Shown here piece by piece: positions 61,846 through 64,000 of a stretch of DNA of 64,000 nt. The translations under genes and the position numbers were made by a program. Positions within the stretch are counted from its first letter, which is position 1; every line of letters starts with the position of its first letter. The notes below the pieces were generated by a model, which was not told where the DNA came from, ran no database searches, and saw only the letters and a program-made list of their open reading frames with translations. This DNA is from an uncultured bacterium. GTDB taxonomy: Bacteria > Acidobacteriota > HRBIN11 > JAKEFK01. The stretch lies in assembly GCA_963771165.1 (NCBI GenBank), contig CAVYSN010000021.1, positions 8,502 to 72,501 on the forward strand. Reading direction: 5' to 3'.

Positions 61846-63120
61846 ATGGAACTTCCTCCCGTCAAATTACCGCTTTTTTATCAGGGGTTCGCGAGCTTGT
61901 GTTTCGGGCTCGCATTATCCGGCACGATTCTGTTCGCCGAAGATCTGACCGGATTTTATTATCACCCGCGTATTCTTGCGTTAACTCATCTGGTAACGCT
62001 CGGGTGGATTTCAGCGAACATCATCGGGACCCTATACATGGTAGCTCCGATGGCGCTTCAGATTCAGCTTTCGGCAAAAGCCTATGACGGCGTAGTATTT
62101 TTCATTTATTCGACCGGTGTCCTCGGTATGGTGGCCCACTTCTGGCGCGATCGGCCTGCAGGAATGGCGTGGTCTGCCGGCTGCGTATATCTGGCGCTCG
62201 TGCTCACCGGGATCAAGGTTCTGCGCGCTCTCCCACAATCCAGGGCCCCCGGTTTCGTTAAATTCCACATTTTGTTTTCCTTTACGAATGTATTCGTAGG
62301 AGGAGCCTGGGGTATTCTTCTTGCTCTTCATAAGCTTTATGGCTTTCTGCCTACCTCCTCCTCCCCGAATGTGGTAGCGCATGCGCATCTGATGGCGATT
62401 GGTTGGGCATTGATGATGGTTTTCGGCCTGGGCTATCGACTGCTTCCAATGTTCATTCCGGGCGAACCGGCCAGAGGGAGACTTCCCTGGTTTAGTCTTC
62501 TGACCCTTGAAGTCGCAGTGGCAGGTCTATTCCTTAGCGCAATTCTGGAATTACGAACCGCCACTATTTTCGGGCTGTTCTTTGCTGCAGGACTTTCCAT
62601 GTTCTTTTATTCGGCAATTCGAACCATGTTGAATCGCAAACCGGCTCCCCCACCTCTGCCGCCTCGTCCCGATTTCTCCATGCTCCATGCCCCTTTCGCT
62701 TTTTTGTGCCTCCTTGTTTGCACGCTTCTCGGCATGGTGTTATTACACCTCTCACCGACTGAAAAGACACTTCGTTTCGCCCTGGCCTATGGAGGTTTGG
62801 GACTGATCGGATTTCTCAGCCAGATCGTGACAGGATTAAAGCCAAAACTTTTATCGATATTTACGTGGTATCACGCGTTCACACGCGCCGGATCGAACTG
62901 CGTTCCGCGTCCGGTGGATATGCCTGTTCGGACTTTTCAAATTACAATCTTCGCGCTTTGGGTCGCAGGATTGCCTGCGTTAATTGCGGGAATGATAGTC
63001 CCCTCAGCGTTTTCTATTCGAGCCGGAGCAACACTCTTGCTTGCCGCGTTGATCGTTTCCCTTTTGCACGAATTCTCGATCGTGAAATGGATCTGGAAAA
63101 AATATCCAATTAGAGTCTGA
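61846..63120 (+). CDS. 12-TM histidine-bearing membrane protein of unknown function (heme-copper-oxidase-subunit-I-like or NnrS-like by resemblance only)
   Basis: 424 aa with about 12 hydrophobic helices. Intramembrane His motifs are LTHLVTLGW, VAHFW and VAHAHLMAIGW. It sits directly downstream of nrfHA. Confidence 0.45.
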   Translation: MELPPVKLPLFYQGFASLCFGLALSGTILFAEDLTGFYYHPRILALTHLVTLGWISANIIGTLYMVAPMALQIQLSAKAYDGVVFFIYSTGVLGMVAHFWRDRPAGMAWSAGCVYLALVLTGIKVLRALPQSRAPGFVKFHILFSFTNVFVGGAWGILLALHKLYGFLPTSSSPNVVAHAHLMAIGWALMMVFGLGYRLLPMFIPGEPARGRLPWFSLLTLEVAVAGLFLSAILELRTATIFGLFFAAGLSMFFYSAIRTMLNRKPAPPPLPPRPDFSMLHAPFAFLCLLVCTLLGMVLLHLSPTEKTLRFALAYGGLGLIGFLSQIVTGLKPKLLSIFTWYHAFTRAGSNCVPRPVDMPVRTFQITIFALWVAGLPALIAGMIVPSAFSIRAGATLLLAALIVSLLHEFSIVKWIWKKYPIRV

Positions 63121-63144
63121 CAACGCGTAGCTTAATGATTGTGA

Positions 63145-63615
63145 TCAACAACAAATTTCGTACTTGTCCAGCGGAAGGGTGTCCATCGTCTTGAAGATGG
63201 ATTCAATATCTTCTCTGGTTGCTGCTTGATCAATCGCCGGATAAAGGATCTGCTCTTCTTTCATGTTGTGGTTCTCCAAAAACATGAGAAGCTCCCGTTC
63301 TTCTTTGTCCGTGTTCGGATCCCCTTCCCGCACTTTGTTGTGGATGAGTTCCAAAAACTTTCCTATTTGACGATGCTCGAGCCTCATCACTTGTACGGGT
63401 TGACTGATGGACGCTCCAAGTTTTTGTTCAAAGAATGGGAAAAGGATCTCTTCTTCCCAGGCAATATGTCTTTGCAGACCAAACTTGAATTGTATAAAAC
63501 TTTCACGCGCCCGAAGGAAATCCGTCCTTTTCCGTTCTTGAAAGCTTTTGAATAATCCGTCCAGGCGGTCATGATCCTCTTCGTAAAACTTTGAAATCGT
63601 CAGGGTTTGTTGCAT
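63145..63615 (-). CDS. hemerythrin (HHE cation-binding) domain protein
   Basis: EEDHDRLDGLF, LQRHIAWEEEILFP, MRLEHRQIGKFLE and HNMKEEQILYP are spaced His/Glu ligands of hemerythrin-like di-iron domains. ATG 63615 sits behind AAGGAGAAAGG. Confidence 0.8.
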   Translation of the reverse strand: MQQTLTISKFYEEDHDRLDGLFKSFQERKRTDFLRARESFIQFKFGLQRHIAWEEEILFPFFEQKLGASISQPVQVMRLEHRQIGKFLELIHNKVREGDPNTDKEERELLMFLENHNMKEEQILYPAIDQAATREDIESIFKTMDTLPLDKYEICC

Positions 63616-63644
63616 TCCTTTCTCCTTACTTTGTGTTGAGATAA

Positions 63645-63660
63645 AGCAATGCTGATGCCA
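63645..63660 (-). promoter_or_regulatory. sigma54 promoter TGGCAT-N5-TTGCT (minus strand)
   Basis: The reverse complement of 63645-63660 is TGGCATCAGCATTGCT, with exact GG-N10-GC spacing. It lies 30 nt upstream of the hemerythrin ATG. Confidence 0.7.
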
Positions 63661-63814
63661 GCAATTCCGGTGCTCTTTCAGAGGAAAAGGCAAGCGATAT
63701 TCAAGACTTTTTGTCTTTCAATCTGACATTTGGTCAATCTGAACCTCCCATTGTGATTCGATCTGTTGTCGATTGAAGGCTCTGGCATGAAGCTTGTTTC
63801 CCTAATGATTTGTC

Positions 63815-64000
63815 ATGGAATTGGAAAAGAGCATCGTTTATGGTCCGATGCGAAGCAGGAGGTTTGGCTGGGACCTAGGAATCAACCTGCTTCCGATCGG
63901 TGAAAAACTCTGTGCGTTCGATTGTGTGTATTGCCAGTATGGATTTACAGGACCTTTTCGGAACGAGCATTTTGCTTTTCCATCTGCCGCTGACATTATT
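63815..64000 (+). CDS. radical SAM protein, N-terminal fragment running off the window
   Basis: MELEKSIVYGPMRSRRFGWDLGINLLPIGEKLCAFDCVYCQYG carries CxxxCxxC (CAFDCVYC). The frame is open to position 64000. Confidence 0.7.
   Translation, partial: MELEKSIVYGPMRSRRFGWDLGINLLPIGEKLCAFDCVYCQYGFTGPFRNEHFAFPSAADII

Noticed and set aside
63783-63798. TGGCATGAAGCTTGTT upstream of the radical SAM gene as a sigma54 promoter
   Set aside because: The invariant -12 GC is GT, and only 17 nt separate the box from ATG 63815, with no RBS. I mention it in a finding but do not list it as a feature.

Overview
This window reads as a chromosomal segment of a free-living bacterium. I infer an Acidobacteriota-like origin from an acidobacterial-type VWA protein (TIGR03436-like), a CarboxypepD_reg protein, and GTAGGGGC...GCCCCTAC intergenic hairpins. 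I saw no rRNA, tRNA, CRISPR array, transposase, integrase or phage genes. Layout: (1) 0-12.7 kb is an envelope-glycan cluster. It holds two GT-C glycosyltransferases, a GT2, a Wzt-type ABC ATPase with a C-terminal glycan-binding domain, three methyltransferases, a DUF115-like enzyme, an SGNH hydrolase, a NodU-type carbamoyltransferase, and a lipoprotein sugar dehydrogenase fused to cytochrome c. (2) 12.9-17.6 kb holds redox enzymes: NDH-2, a GMC oxidoreductase, a tandem VOC protein and an FMN reductase. (3) 17.7-21.3 kb holds a 59-aa zinc-ribbon ORF missing from the ORF track, then a glycogen debranching enzyme co-oriented with a leaderless subtilase carrying a CBM48 glycogen-binding domain. 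(4) 21.4-29.2 kb holds a GAF-type sigma54 activator, a sigma54 promoter, and a translationally coupled STAS protein and ECF sigma factor. A convergent operon follows: zinc anti-sigma-like protein, two small ORFs, DM13 protein, GlcG-cupin, and SMP-30 lactonase, flanked by a second SMP-30 paralog. (5) 28-39 kb has an unusually high density of frame disruptions (two amidohydrolases, ICMT, rlmN, DUF3052, VWA, PaaI, GGCT). More occur at 49-50.5 kb and at 53.4 kb. (6) 37.6-43 kb holds an ArsR repressor whose ATTAGC-N6-GCTAAT operator appears in two promoters, one a consensus near-leaderless promoter. That promoter precedes threonine/serine dehydratase, RidA, a cysteine-synthase-like gene, a 41-codon ridA relic and quinone oxidoreductase. 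(7) 43-51 kb holds assorted genes: an acyltransferase, a creatininase-family protein, a secreted HEXXH protein, an isochorismatase, DinB and Ppx/GppA. (8) 51.3-64 kb holds a histidine kinase and sigma54 response regulator, at least four further sigma54 promoters, adh-GGDEF-USP-USP-nrfHA, a 12-TM His-rich membrane protein, a hemerythrin and a radical SAM gene. The ORF-track starts include GTG/TTG and are maximal. Several starts were re-picked from RBS and signal-peptide context. All function calls come from reading motifs by eye, with no database search.
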